Below are positions 1-8,657 of a stretch of 17,063 bases of DNA, one piece after another. Below the pieces are notes generated by a model that saw only the letters and a list, made by a program, of their open reading frames with translations, made no database searches and was not told the origin of the DNA. The DNA is from Bdellovibrionia bacterium (GTDB lineage: Bacteria > Bdellovibrionota > UBA1018), in assembly GCA_045805065.1 (NCBI GenBank), contig JBJMMA010000123.1, positions 1 to 17,063 on the forward strand. The letters are read 5' to 3'. The position numbers and the translations under genes were made by a program. Numbering within the stretch: position 1 is the stretch's first letter; every line of letters starts with the position of its first letter.

Positions 1-1
1 C

Positions 2-199
2 TGGCTGGAGAAGAACGCTGACCTGTTTGATGCTGAGAACCCAAAGTACAACGAGTTTCATCTCGTCAGTGCGTGGGAGCATCTTTCCTATTACGATCTC
101 TTTCCAATGCCCTATGAGAAGCTGAAAAAGATCGTCGCAAGGGTCTCCGAGAATCCGGTGATCCGAAAAAGCTCGCCTCAGGTAGTGCGTCCGAAATAA
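2..199 (+). CDS. Partial CDS (3' end), probable glutathione S-transferase family C-terminal region
   Basis: Not in the ORF track. Frame 2 is open from the window edge to TAA at 197-199 and reads WLEKNADLFDAENPKYNEFHLVSAWEHLSYYDLFPMPYEKLKKIVARVSENPVIRKSSPQVVRPK. The ending (Y..L..+..R+...P.+....P) resembles GST C-terminal helices. Confidence 0.55.
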   Translation, partial: WLEKNADLFDAENPKYNEFHLVSAWEHLSYYDLFPMPYEKLKKIVARVSENPVIRKSSPQVVRPK

Positions 200-330
200 C
201 CAGGACTAGCCTCAATCTGATCATCTGTCTAATTCTTGGACTGCCCTTGAGCAATGAGTCTGAAAGGACACGATTTCTTCAAACCGCGTCCTTTCAATAC
301 TTTATATAGAAAGGCCAGAATCTTTCATTC

Positions 331-346
331 TGGCATAAAACCCGCT
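331..346 (+). promoter_or_regulatory. Candidate sigma54 (-24/-12) promoter, overlapped by a 7-7-7 inverted repeat (314-334)
   Basis: TGGCATAAAACCCGCT has GG-N10-GC spacing, but the -12 box is CCGC rather than TTGC. The palindrome GCCAGAA-N7-TTCTGGC overlaps the -24 box. Confidence 0.4.
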
Positions 347-409
347 CTATCTAAGCCAAAAGATGCTTTCTATATGATTTGATTTGAAAGAGTTTGAGGA
401 GAGAGTTTT

Positions 410-1243
410 ATGACAAAGAATCGGACCCTGCTTTTTCTGGCAATCCTCGCAGCTGGAAGCTCCTATGCTCATCCGAAACAGAAAGCCAATCCAAAACTTC
501 TCCAAGAACTTAGACTCATGGCCAGGGACTCTTATGCTGATGCAAAGAACTTGGCCGGAGAGGCCGACGCAAACAGAAAGCCCTTGGTCTGCTTGTTGGC
601 TGAAGGACCTGTTTTAGCCGCCGAAGCATTCACTACGGCTGTCGTCGCTGGCGCAAAAGGAATGGCGGCCGCGATCAAAGGTTCGAGCAATCCAAACTCC
701 CTTTCTCCCCCAGTCGATTTGATCAACAAGTCTGACGCTCAAAAAGCGCAAAGAGAATTGGCTCCGATTGTTGCTCAAATCAATGCGAGCCACAAAGAGG
801 GCGAGCTCATCACTCTCGAGAAGATCAAAAAGAACTTGGCTCTTTTGAAAGCCGAGAAAGACAAGGTCCTGGCGACAGAAGTGAGCGATAGTTTTAATGA
901 CTCAGTGAAGGAGCAGCTGACCTGCAAATCCTTGTCGAGAAAAAGAACGGCGAAACTGGCTCAGATTGCGGTCACTGAATTTGATTATCTATCCACCGTA
1001 TATCGGGCTCTCAATGGCGGATTTACTCCCCGTCTTTCGGCTGATCCCTATGAGCGCGATCAAAACTACGAAGGCATCCTCTCAGACCTTCATTTCATGA
1101 ATTACGACGATCTGGACTCTCCGGTGGCTGATATTCGTCAAAGCAACCGCATGACGGCGTCTACTCGCTCGCAAGAAGGCTCAGCAGGATCGGCCCAGGA
1201 GACATCAAGCAAGGCCGCTTCAAAAGCAAGCGTTGCACAGTAA
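410..1243 (+). CDS. Secreted hypothetical protein (Sec signal peptide, helical, S/A-rich tail)
   Basis: 277-aa ORF with GAGGAG RBS upstream. The N-terminus MTKNRTLLFLAILAAGSSYA|HP fits a signal peptide. No family recognised. Confidence 0.8.
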   Translation: MTKNRTLLFLAILAAGSSYAHPKQKANPKLLQELRLMARDSYADAKNLAGEADANRKPLVCLLAEGPVLAAEAFTTAVVAGAKGMAAAIKGSSNPNSLSPPVDLINKSDAQKAQRELAPIVAQINASHKEGELITLEKIKKNLALLKAEKDKVLATEVSDSFNDSVKEQLTCKSLSRKRTAKLAQIAVTEFDYLSTVYRALNGGFTPRLSADPYERDQNYEGILSDLHFMNYDDLDSPVADIRQSNRMTASTRSQEGSAGSAQETSSKAASKASVAQ

Positions 1244-1350
1244 GCTGAGTCACTCCCTTTACGCAGCTGCAGGAAGTCCGGAAGGAGACCTGCACGTCTG
1301 AAAGTCGGACAGGCCTGAATCATCTGTTCCCGAGATCTTTGGACTTTTTC

Positions 1351-1366
1351 AGGCACAGGTCCTGCT
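1351..1366 (+). promoter_or_regulatory. Candidate sigma54 promoter of the comM-like gene
   Basis: AGGCACAGGTCCTGCT has GG-N10-GC spacing. Predicted TSS ~1377, which would favour ATG 1382 as the start codon. Confidence 0.4.
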
Positions 1367-1369
1367 CAG

Positions 1370-3016
1370 GTGAGCGCCCCTATGCGTATCGCCTCACCTT
1401 TAACTACCGAAGCCCATCCCGTCTTACAATGGATCGAAGTCGCAAGCTCACTCCAGCTCCCAAGCTTTCACATCATCGGACTAGCCTCTCCTGAAGTCGC
1501 TGAAGCACGCGAGCGCGTTCGAGCCGCGATAGAGTCCTCGGACTTTGAATTTCCTCGAAGACGGATTGTGATCAATCTCTCCCCGGCTTCAATCCGTAAA
1601 CGCGGAACGGGTGCTGACCTTGCGATGGCGATTGGGATTTTACAGGCAGGGCTTTCCGAAGATGATGAGTCGCTGAGTCGTTTTCCCCGAGGGATTGTTG
1701 CCAGTGGCGAGCTTGGGCTGGATGGTCGCGTAAAGCCCGCAGGCAAAGTCATGCGCACGCTCTATGCGGCCTGGGAAGCAGGAGCCGAGATCGTTTTTCT
1801 GTCTCCTGAGGATCATGCTCAAGCTCTACGTTATCTGCCGTTGCTGGAGCGGCTGGAGCGTTTCAGAACGCCAATGCCTCAGCTCATCTCTGTCGCAAGC
1901 CTGACGGATGCCTGGGATTTTATCTTAGGGAATGATGCTTCGGGTGCGAATCTCGCTCTATCGCCCAAGGCAGGTTCCCTGTTTTCTTCGTCTCCACTGG
2001 ATGCCGATGATCTTCTCCCTTTAAGCCCTGAAATTGAAAAATGGGTCAGGATCGCAGCGCTTGGTCTTCATCACCTCTTGCTATTGGGCCCGCGCGGAGC
2101 TGGAAAGAGTCATGCTTTTGAATGGCTCATCAAGCTTCAGCCTGAGGCATCAGCTGAAACCCAAGTCAGGCAGATCCTGATTCGCGAGCTCTCAGGCCTT
2201 GAAAATGAATGGCTAGGGAGCGGCCCTCCCGTCAGGCGCGTGGGAACTCAAGTCAGGGCCCAAGCCCTTTGCGGAGGAGTGGTTTCCGGTGGAGTCAGGC
2301 CCGGTGAGTTTTCACTCGCCCATGGCGGGCTTCTCATCGCCGATGAACTCCCCGAATGGCCGCGCGACAGCCGCGAATCACTCAGAGAGCCCTTGGAGCG
2401 AGGAAAAGTGTCACTCACCCGAACCCAGGCCACAGCCGAGCTTCCGGCGCGCTTTATCTTGGCTGCAAACGGAAACCTTTGCCCTTGCGGAGGCTGGCCA
2501 AGGCTACTTCGAATCGGACATGAGGGCACAAATGCCAAGCGCTTTCCCTGCATCTGCAAAGACTCGGAAGTCAGCACTTATCTGAGAAGACTCTCAGGCC
2601 CTGTCTTGGACCGAATCGACATCATTCAACTGGTGACTCCATCGAGCCGTGAGCCGGGCTCCCAGCGAAATGAAATGAATGCGCAGGAGCGGTTTCAGAC
2701 TTTTCGGGAGAGAACGGCGCAGGCTCAGGAGCTCGGCGAAAAAACGTGGGGAGTTCCGCCGGGATTGTTGGGGCCGTCTGAGATCGAAGCCATTTTGAAA
2801 GAGCATCCCGATTGGCGAGAAGTCCTTAATCGCCGAAAGAACGTGGGAATGAGATCCAGGCACAAGATCGTTCGTGTCGCACTGAGTCTGGCGCTCTTTG
2901 AGCGAGTGGAGTCTCAAGGTTCCGAGCATGCCCACCCTTTGCCTACAGAGAGGCACTTTGAAGAGGCGTTCTATCTCAGACCCGAAGGAATCAATTTGCA
3001 TGGGCACCAGGAATAG
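1370..3016 (+). CDS. comM: YifB/ComM family Mg-chelatase-like AAA+ ATPase (divergent); start GTG 1370 or ATG 1382
   Basis: Motifs LPSFHIIGL..EARERVRAAI, INLSPA, GELGLDG, Walker A GPRGAGKS, RPGEFSLAHGGLLIADELPE, LREPLE, CPCG..CIC and LSGPVLDRIDI. Confidence 0.9.
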   Translation: MSAPMRIASPLTTEAHPVLQWIEVASSLQLPSFHIIGLASPEVAEARERVRAAIESSDFEFPRRRIVINLSPASIRKRGTGADLAMAIGILQAGLSEDDESLSRFPRGIVASGELGLDGRVKPAGKVMRTLYAAWEAGAEIVFLSPEDHAQALRYLPLLERLERFRTPMPQLISVASLTDAWDFILGNDASGANLALSPKAGSLFSSSPLDADDLLPLSPEIEKWVRIAALGLHHLLLLGPRGAGKSHAFEWLIKLQPEASAETQVRQILIRELSGLENEWLGSGPPVRRVGTQVRAQALCGGVVSGGVRPGEFSLAHGGLLIADELPEWPRDSRESLREPLERGKVSLTRTQATAELPARFILAANGNLCPCGGWPRLLRIGHEGTNAKRFPCICKDSEVSTYLRRLSGPVLDRIDIIQLVTPSSREPGSQRNEMNAQERFQTFRERTAQAQELGEKTWGVPPGLLGPSEIEAILKEHPDWREVLNRRKNVGMRSRHKIVRVALSLALFERVESQGSEHAHPLPTERHFEEAFYLRPEGINLHGHQE

Positions 3017-3040
3017 GCGACGGAATTGATCTCCATAGGT

Positions 3041-3069
3041 TTGACCCGGCTGATTTTAACAGTTACCAT
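3041..3069 (+). promoter_or_regulatory. sigma70-type promoter, probably giving a leaderless mRNA
   Basis: TTGACC(3041-3046)-N17-TACCAT(3064-3069)-N6-ATG(3076), with no Shine-Dalgarno. Confidence 0.65.
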
Positions 3070-3075
3070 TTAAAC

Positions 3076-4032
3076 ATGGCAACTACAGGCGCCCAGATTC
3101 TGACCGTTTCAAGTCGAGAAGCGGACTGCAAGTTCGGAAAAATCCTGGCCCTGAATAATTCGCTCCAGTACCTGGAAGCGGTGAACGCCTTTGAGATTCA
3201 ACGAATCCTGGAGAAGAATTCGCAGTCGGTCGTGCTCCTGGACTACGACTCCTTCAAGGGAAGCCCCCATGTCCTGGATATCTTATCCAAGTATGCAAAG
3301 CCTTCTCTTTGCTTCAGCATAACTGATGATGGCCTCTCGGATCGTCCGGAGCTGATCAAGTACCCATTTTTTGGAAACTACGTTCAGCGCCGTTTTGCTG
3401 ATCCAGCGCCCACCTTCTACTCAAAGCTTTTGGGAGCCACAATCCGGCCCGAACTTGAAGGACTGAAACCCTACTTTGCACACGACACCAAAATCAATCG
3501 GATTGAAATCAAGCGCTCAAGCCATAAATCCATGGCCATTGAAGCGCTTCAAAAAACACTCACCAATCGTGGAATCAAAGGCCGACTTGCGACTCTGGTT
3601 GCTCAAGGCGTGGATGAGCTGATTCTCAATGCGATTTTCGATGCCCCCTACTCCGCTAAAGATCAGACTCGCCCGAGACATAAATCCTCCCGGGATCTCG
3701 AGTTTGAGATGGCTGGACAAGACGTTGTCATCGTTGAGATGGCAGCTTCGGATCAGTACATGGGAATCTGCGTGATCGATCAGTACGGATCCATCGACGC
3801 TCAGAATGTATTTCAAGGTCTCAAGCCTTACCTCACCAACGCGCCCTTTGAGCCGGATCCTTTCAAGGGACTCTCAAGTGGATTTGGCCTCGGCGGAGTC
3901 CTTCAATCCGGGCTCAATCTGAAGATCGCCAGCCAAACTGGCAAACGCACGGAAGTCTCGATCTTCTTTCCGGTCAACGGAAGCTTCAAAGAGTTCAGAA
4001 CAAGTTTCCGCTTCTTCAGCGTTGTTGCCTAG
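3076..4032 (+). CDS. Hypothetical protein: degenerate receiver-like N-terminus plus RsbW/GHKL (HATPase_c-like) C-terminal domain
   Basis: N-box-like DELILNA, G1-like VIDQYGS, G2-like SGFGLG, final strand GKRTEVSIFF. The N-terminal ILTVS...VVLLDYD is receiver-like. Confidence 0.6.
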   Translation: MATTGAQILTVSSREADCKFGKILALNNSLQYLEAVNAFEIQRILEKNSQSVVLLDYDSFKGSPHVLDILSKYAKPSLCFSITDDGLSDRPELIKYPFFGNYVQRRFADPAPTFYSKLLGATIRPELEGLKPYFAHDTKINRIEIKRSSHKSMAIEALQKTLTNRGIKGRLATLVAQGVDELILNAIFDAPYSAKDQTRPRHKSSRDLEFEMAGQDVVIVEMAASDQYMGICVIDQYGSIDAQNVFQGLKPYLTNAPFEPDPFKGLSSGFGLGGVLQSGLNLKIASQTGKRTEVSIFFPVNGSFKEFRTSFRFFSVVA

Positions 4033-4039
4033 ACTTCGC

Positions 4040-5401
4040 CTAAACTTCTTTTACCAGATGCTCATTGATCAGCTCGCGTGCCATCGCAAGATCGAGCTGC
4101 TCCACGCGCTCCATGTTCTCGCAAAGCTTGCCTAAGATCTCAGCGTGCACAATCCCAGCAGCCAGAGCATTCCGATAAGGCGTGCGACTGAACGTCACCA
4201 GGGAGTACCTGGAAATGTATTTTTCCGGAAACTCACGCTGAAGAACGCGCTCAACCTGCTTTTCCAATAAAAAGCGCGGATCACTCACCTTATCACGCAT
4301 CTCAATGAAGTTTTCGACCGCCATATCGGCAATGGCGTCCGCATCCGGCTTACGTGACTCGCTGAAACCCTCAAAGACCGCTTTCCAGGAAGATTCCTGA
4401 TCCATCAGATCGCTGAGGATCGTGCAGTCCTCAAAGCCGCAATTCATTCCCTGACCGAAAAATGGAACGATCGCGTGAGCAGCGTCCCCGACCAGGGCCG
4501 CTTTATCCTGGATATTCCAAGGTGCGCATTTGACAGTGATCATCCGTCCCGTGGGGTTTCCAAAAAACTCTTCCTCGTAATGAGGAAGAAGCTTCAAAAC
4601 ATCAGGAAAGTTCGCGCTGAAAAAAGCATGAACTTCTTCACGACCGGTCAAAGACTCAAAGCTCACTTTGCCCGTAAATGGAAGAAAGAGCGTGCAAGTG
4701 AAGCTGCCATCAAAATTTGGAAGTGCGATGAGCATGAACGTGCCACGAGGCCAGATGTGAAGTGCGTTCTTCTCCAATTGATGAGAGCCATCCATTCCTG
4801 CCGGCAGTTGAAGCTCTTTATATCCGTAATTGAGAATTTCCTCCGAAGCGCTCGTCTGGGCCTTTCTCATCACTTCATCACGAATCATGGACGCTGATCC
4901 GTCCGTACCAATGACTCGGGCAACCGGAACAGATCTCATCTCATTGGATTTCTCATTCAAGACATTCAACGTGCTTGCGTCCGAGTCATAAGCCAGGACG
5001 CGTTCATTGAAATGAATCTTTACCCGGCCTGTACTCTCTGCACGGCTCATCAAGAGCTTATTGAGACCACCGCGTGAAATGGAATAGATGCAGTCCGAGT
5101 CTTCCTTGCCGTAAGGTTGGAATGTGAGCTCTCCAGCAATGGAGTGCATCATCCGCCCGCGCATCGGAACGGCCTCGTCCAAAACCTGCGTTTCCATTCC
5201 AAGTTGCTTGAGGGCGTGGAGCCCACGCACCGAAAGCGCGAGATTGATCGAGCGTCCCGCACTGATTGCTTCCCGGCGCATGTCAGGTCTCCGCTCAAAA
5301 ACTTCAACCTCATGGCCTCGCTCAGCCAAAATCGCTGCCAGAAGCGATCCGACAGGACCTGCTCCGACTAAGGTCAATTTCTCATTTTGCGCTTGCGGCA
5401 T
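4040..5401 (-). CDS. kmo: Kynurenine 3-monooxygenase (FAD-dependent)
   Basis: GAGPVGS FAD motif, GRSINLALSVRG, YGYKEL, NALHIWPR, GDAAHAIVPFFGQGMNCGFED. Start reassigned to ATG 5401 behind GGAGA, overlapping the kynU end by 20 nt. Confidence 0.95.
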   Translation of the reverse strand: MPQAQNEKLTLVGAGPVGSLLAAILAERGHEVEVFERRPDMRREAISAGRSINLALSVRGLHALKQLGMETQVLDEAVPMRGRMMHSIAGELTFQPYGKEDSDCIYSISRGGLNKLLMSRAESTGRVKIHFNERVLAYDSDASTLNVLNEKSNEMRSVPVARVIGTDGSASMIRDEVMRKAQTSASEEILNYGYKELQLPAGMDGSHQLEKNALHIWPRGTFMLIALPNFDGSFTCTLFLPFTGKVSFESLTGREEVHAFFSANFPDVLKLLPHYEEEFFGNPTGRMITVKCAPWNIQDKAALVGDAAHAIVPFFGQGMNCGFEDCTILSDLMDQESSWKAVFEGFSESRKPDADAIADMAVENFIEMRDKVSDPRFLLEKQVERVLQREFPEKYISRYSLVTFSRTPYRNALAAGIVHAEILGKLCENMERVEQLDLAMARELINEHLVKEV

Positions 5402-6665
5402 GGTTCTCCATGATTTTTCCAAACTGGTAAACATCCATGAATGAATTGTAAAGCGGCGCCGGTGCGACACGGATAATGTCAGGCTCGCGGAAATCCGCGA
5501 TCACGCCCGCATCGTTCAACTTCTTCAGAAGCTCACGCCCGCCGCTTCTCACTTTCAATGAAAGCTGACATCCCCGCTCCTGAGGATTGCGAGGCGTGAT
5601 GATTTCGAACATTTCATTCGGCATGCCACTGAGCAGGAACTCAAGATAGCCTGTCAGAAGATCACCTTTTTGACGAATGGCAGGCATCGTTGCGTCATCA
5701 AAGAGCTCCATCGAGGCTCTGAGTGCCGCAAGTTGGAAAATCGGAGGATTGCTGAGCTGCCATCCTTCCGCGGTCTGAATCGGATCAAAGTCAGGACCCA
5801 TTTTGAAACGCGTGTCCTTATTATGGCCCCACCATCCGGAGAAGCGTGGAAGATCCTTCTCCTTCACCCAGCGCTCATGAATGTAAACGCCAGCGATCCC
5901 GCCTGGGCCTGCGTTGAGATACTTATAGCTGCACCAGGCTGCGCAATCCACGCTCCACTCATGAAGCTTCAGAAGCAGATTGCCTACGCCGTGCGCGAGA
6001 TCAAAGCCTACAAGACAGCCCTTCTTATGGCCTGCTTCGGTAATGGCCTGCATATCGTAGCACTGACCCGTGAGATAGTTCACATTACCTAGCCAGATGA
6101 GTGCGACTTGATCGCCTTCACGCTCAATCGTTGCAAGAATATCTTCTGTTCTTAAAGTCCATTCACCTGCACGGGGCTTAAGCTCGACGATCGCGTCTTT
6201 CGGATCAAAGCCATGAAAACGTGCTTGAGAAGCGACAGCATATTGATCGGAAGGGAAAGCTCCTGCTTCGGTAAGAATTTTAAAGCGGGTCTTCGTTGGA
6301 CGATAAAACGAGACCATCAATAAATGCACGTTCACTGTCAGAGAGTTCATCGTGACGACTTCAGTTGGAAGCGCGCCCACGAGGCGCGCTGTGGAAGCAA
6401 TCAGATTCTCATGATAGGGAAGCCAAGGGTGACGAGCGTGAAAATGCCCTTCGACTCCCAGCTTTGCCCAGTCATCCAGCTCCTGATTGATATAATCGCG
6501 AGCCTTCTTAGGCTGAAGCCCCAGAGAATTGCCGCAAAGATAAATTCCGGGTTTTCCTGATCCATTGGGAGCTACCGGGAACTGAAATTCATTCCTGAAG
6601 CGGGCCAGAGGATCCTTTTGATCCATTTGTTGCGCAAACTCAGCTGTTTTCTCAAATTTCATCAT
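5382..6665 (-). CDS. kynU: Kynureninase (PLP-dependent)
   Basis: YLCGNSLGLQP, FPSDQYA, FDLAHGVGN, WCSYKYLNAGPG (PLP lysine), GWWGH, LSNPP. Start ATG 6665 overlaps the ACMSD stop (ATGA). Confidence 0.96.
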   Translation of the reverse strand: MMKFEKTAEFAQQMDQKDPLARFRNEFQFPVAPNGSGKPGIYLCGNSLGLQPKKARDYINQELDDWAKLGVEGHFHARHPWLPYHENLIASTARLVGALPTEVVTMNSLTVNVHLLMVSFYRPTKTRFKILTEAGAFPSDQYAVASQARFHGFDPKDAIVELKPRAGEWTLRTEDILATIEREGDQVALIWLGNVNYLTGQCYDMQAITEAGHKKGCLVGFDLAHGVGNLLLKLHEWSVDCAAWCSYKYLNAGPGGIAGVYIHERWVKEKDLPRFSGWWGHNKDTRFKMGPDFDPIQTAEGWQLSNPPIFQLAALRASMELFDDATMPAIRQKGDLLTGYLEFLLSGMPNEMFEIITPRNPQERGCQLSLKVRSGGRELLKKLNDAGVIADFREPDIIRVAPAPLYNSFMDVYQFGKIMENHAASAK

Positions 6666-7681
6666 TTCCCTAACCACTCCCATGCGGTTTTCCAAAGCAA
6701 TTGATTCTGGGTTTCCTGATCGAGCTTCATTGATTCGATGAGCTCGCCGGGTGAAAGTTCTCCGAGCGGGAATGGATAATCCGTTCCCAAGGCAACTCGA
6801 TTGGCGCCGAAACTCTTGATCAAAACGTCAAGCATCAGCGGATCATGAACGAGCGAGTCGACAAAGAATCGACCCGCATACTCGCGAGGCGCGATTTTAT
6901 TATCCACAGCGCAAAGATCCGGGCGCACATGAAACGCATGATCAATGCGGCCAAGAGTTGCCGCAAACGATCCGCCACCATGAGCAAAGCAGACTTTGAG
7001 TTTTGGAAGCCTTTCAAAGACTCCGCCAAAGATCATCGAGCAGATCGCAAGTGAGCTCTCAGCAGGCATTCCGACCAGCCAAGGAAGCCAGTATTTCGGC
7101 ATCCGGTCTTGCGCCATCATATCCCAGGGATGAACAAAGACCGCGGCACCGAGCTCTTCGGCCGCTTGAAAGACCTCAAAAAGCGCAGGCTCATCGAGGT
7201 TCCAGCGATTGACGTGCGAGCCGATCTGAACGCCTGAGAGACCCAGTTTTTTTACACTTCTCTCAAGCTCTTTGACTGCAAGCTTTGGGTCTTGAAGCGG
7301 AATGGTCGCAAGGCCTGAAAAGCGACCCGGATGCTCGTTCACGACGCTTGCAACGTGATCATTGAGATACATCGAAAGATCAAGCGCGTCTTGAGGCTTA
7401 GCCCAATAGCCAAACATCACAGGAACAGTCGAGATCACTTGATGATCAACGCCATGGCGATCGCATTCTTCCATGCGAACTTTTGGATCCCAGCAATTGC
7501 TCTCGACCTTACGGAAAAATCGTCCGTCATCAAAAAGCATCCGAGCTTCATGCGCACCGCAGCCCGCGTGATCATACTGAATAAACCCGCCGTAGCCGTA
7601 TTTCTCTTTGAAGCGAGGAAGCTCGGGCGGGAGGATATGCGTATGAATATCGACTTTTTGTGGAGTTGAGTGTTTCATCAC
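6662..7681 (-). CDS. nbaD: 2-amino-3-carboxymuconate-6-semialdehyde decarboxylase (ACMSD, amidohydrolase family)
   Basis: DIHTH metal motif, [50 protein letters not shown]. Start is GTG 7681 or ATG 7678. Confidence 0.93.
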   Translation of the reverse strand: MMKHSTPQKVDIHTHILPPELPRFKEKYGYGGFIQYDHAGCGAHEARMLFDDGRFFRKVESNCWDPKVRMEECDRHGVDHQVISTVPVMFGYWAKPQDALDLSMYLNDHVASVVNEHPGRFSGLATIPLQDPKLAVKELERSVKKLGLSGVQIGSHVNRWNLDEPALFEVFQAAEELGAAVFVHPWDMMAQDRMPKYWLPWLVGMPAESSLAICSMIFGGVFERLPKLKVCFAHGGGSFAATLGRIDHAFHVRPDLCAVDNKIAPREYAGRFFVDSLVHDPLMLDVLIKSFGANRVALGTDYPFPLGELSPGELIESMKLDQETQNQLLWKTAWEWLGK

Positions 7682-8226
7682 TTTTTCGCGCTCGCATTCA
7701 CTTGGCCTTTAACGCTCGCTTTAATTTCGCGATGGCCACACTTTTTACAGGTCGAACGCTCAGGATTTCCATAAAAGCGCTCAAACACAGGTGGCAGATC
7801 TTTCACGATATCTTTCAGAGGGATGAACTCGGAATGCATCTCGATCTTGCAGCTTGTGCAGTACCAGACAAAGCCATCCAACTCCCCTTCCCTGCGACGC
7901 CTCTCAATCACAAGTCCAACCGTGCCTGCGGGACGCTGAGGTGAATGAGGAACTTTTGGAGGCAGTAGAAAGATCTCGCCTTCTTTAATATGAAGATCAG
8001 AGAACTTTCCTTCATCATAAACTTTGAGAACGATATCGCCCTCCAGTTGATAAAAGAACTCCTCGCCTTCGTTCACATGATAGTCGGTGCGAGCGTTCGG
8101 GCCTCCGACTACCGTCACCATGAACTCCCGGTCCTGCCAGATCTGCTGGTTACCGACCGGAGGCTTTAAGAGATGGCGATGCTCATCGATCCATTTTTTG
8201 AAATTCAACGTTTGAAGCCGGCTCAT
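7678..8226 (-). CDS. nbaC: 3-hydroxyanthranilate 3,4-dioxygenase
   Basis: [31 protein letters not shown] and rubredoxin-like CTSC...CKKC. Start reassigned to ATG 8226 (GGAGA RBS, ATGA overlap). Confidence 0.96.
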   Translation of the reverse strand: MSRLQTLNFKKWIDEHRHLLKPPVGNQQIWQDREFMVTVVGGPNARTDYHVNEGEEFFYQLEGDIVLKVYDEGKFSDLHIKEGEIFLLPPKVPHSPQRPAGTVGLVIERRRREGELDGFVWYCTSCKIEMHSEFIPLKDIVKDLPPVFERFYGNPERSTCKKCGHREIKASVKGQVNASAKK

Positions 8227-8657
8227 TTGGAGTTCTCCGAAAGGACTGCGATGCATTTGAGCTCAATGGCGATTGGCGTGGGAAGAGCGCCGATCTCAAG
8301 CGTTGTGCGACAAGGTGGGTTTTCCCTGAAATACTCAGCCCAAAGCTTGTTATAGATGGGAAAATCCTTCTTCATGTTCGTCAGAAACACGGTCACATCC
8401 ACGAGCTGTTCCCACGCAGAGCCACTTTCTTCAAGGATCGCCCGGACGTTTCTGAAAACCGAGTGACATTGAGCTTCGATATCGTAGGAGACGATATTTC
8501 CCTGCGCATCGAGCTCAACGCCTGGAATCTTTTTCGTGCCGCGCTCACGAGGACCTACACCCGAGAGAAAAAGAAGATTTCCCACACGTCTCGCGTGAGG
8601 ATAAAGACCTACAGGCTCAGGAGCTCTGACTGAATCAATTCTTTCGCTTCCGCTCAT
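8223..8657 (-). CDS. RidA/YjgF family protein, probable 2-aminomuconate deaminase (NbaF/AmnD-like)
   Basis: [44 protein letters not shown], plus its position in the pathway operon. Confidence 0.85.
   Translation of the reverse strand: MSGSERIDSVRAPEPVGLYPHARRVGNLLFLSGVGPRERGTKKIPGVELDAQGNIVSYDIEAQCHSVFRNVRAILEESGSAWEQLVDVTVFLTNMKKDFPIYNKLWAEYFRENPPCRTTLEIGALPTPIAIELKCIAVLSENSK

Noticed and set aside
66..254. 62-aa minus-strand ORF from the track
   Set aside because: It lies antisense to the more protein-like open frame 2-199, which ends at a natural stop before an AT-rich intergenic region.
1370..3016. True magnesium chelatase subunit
   Set aside because: The N-terminal Lon-like domain and CPCG motif mark the YifB/ComM family, and there are no tetrapyrrole genes nearby.
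5402..5470. N-terminal extensions in the ORF track (kmo to 5470; also kynU to 6695, nbaC to 8256, regulator to 13128, lipoprotein from 13921)
   Set aside because: Internal ATGs have better RBS placement, stop/start coupling or domain boundaries.
4040..8226. De novo NAD (quinolinate) biosynthesis or secondary-metabolite 3-hydroxyanthranilate cluster
   Set aside because: ACMSD and the downstream degradative enzymes are co-encoded, and there is no nadC, NRPS or methyltransferase, so a catabolic role fits better.
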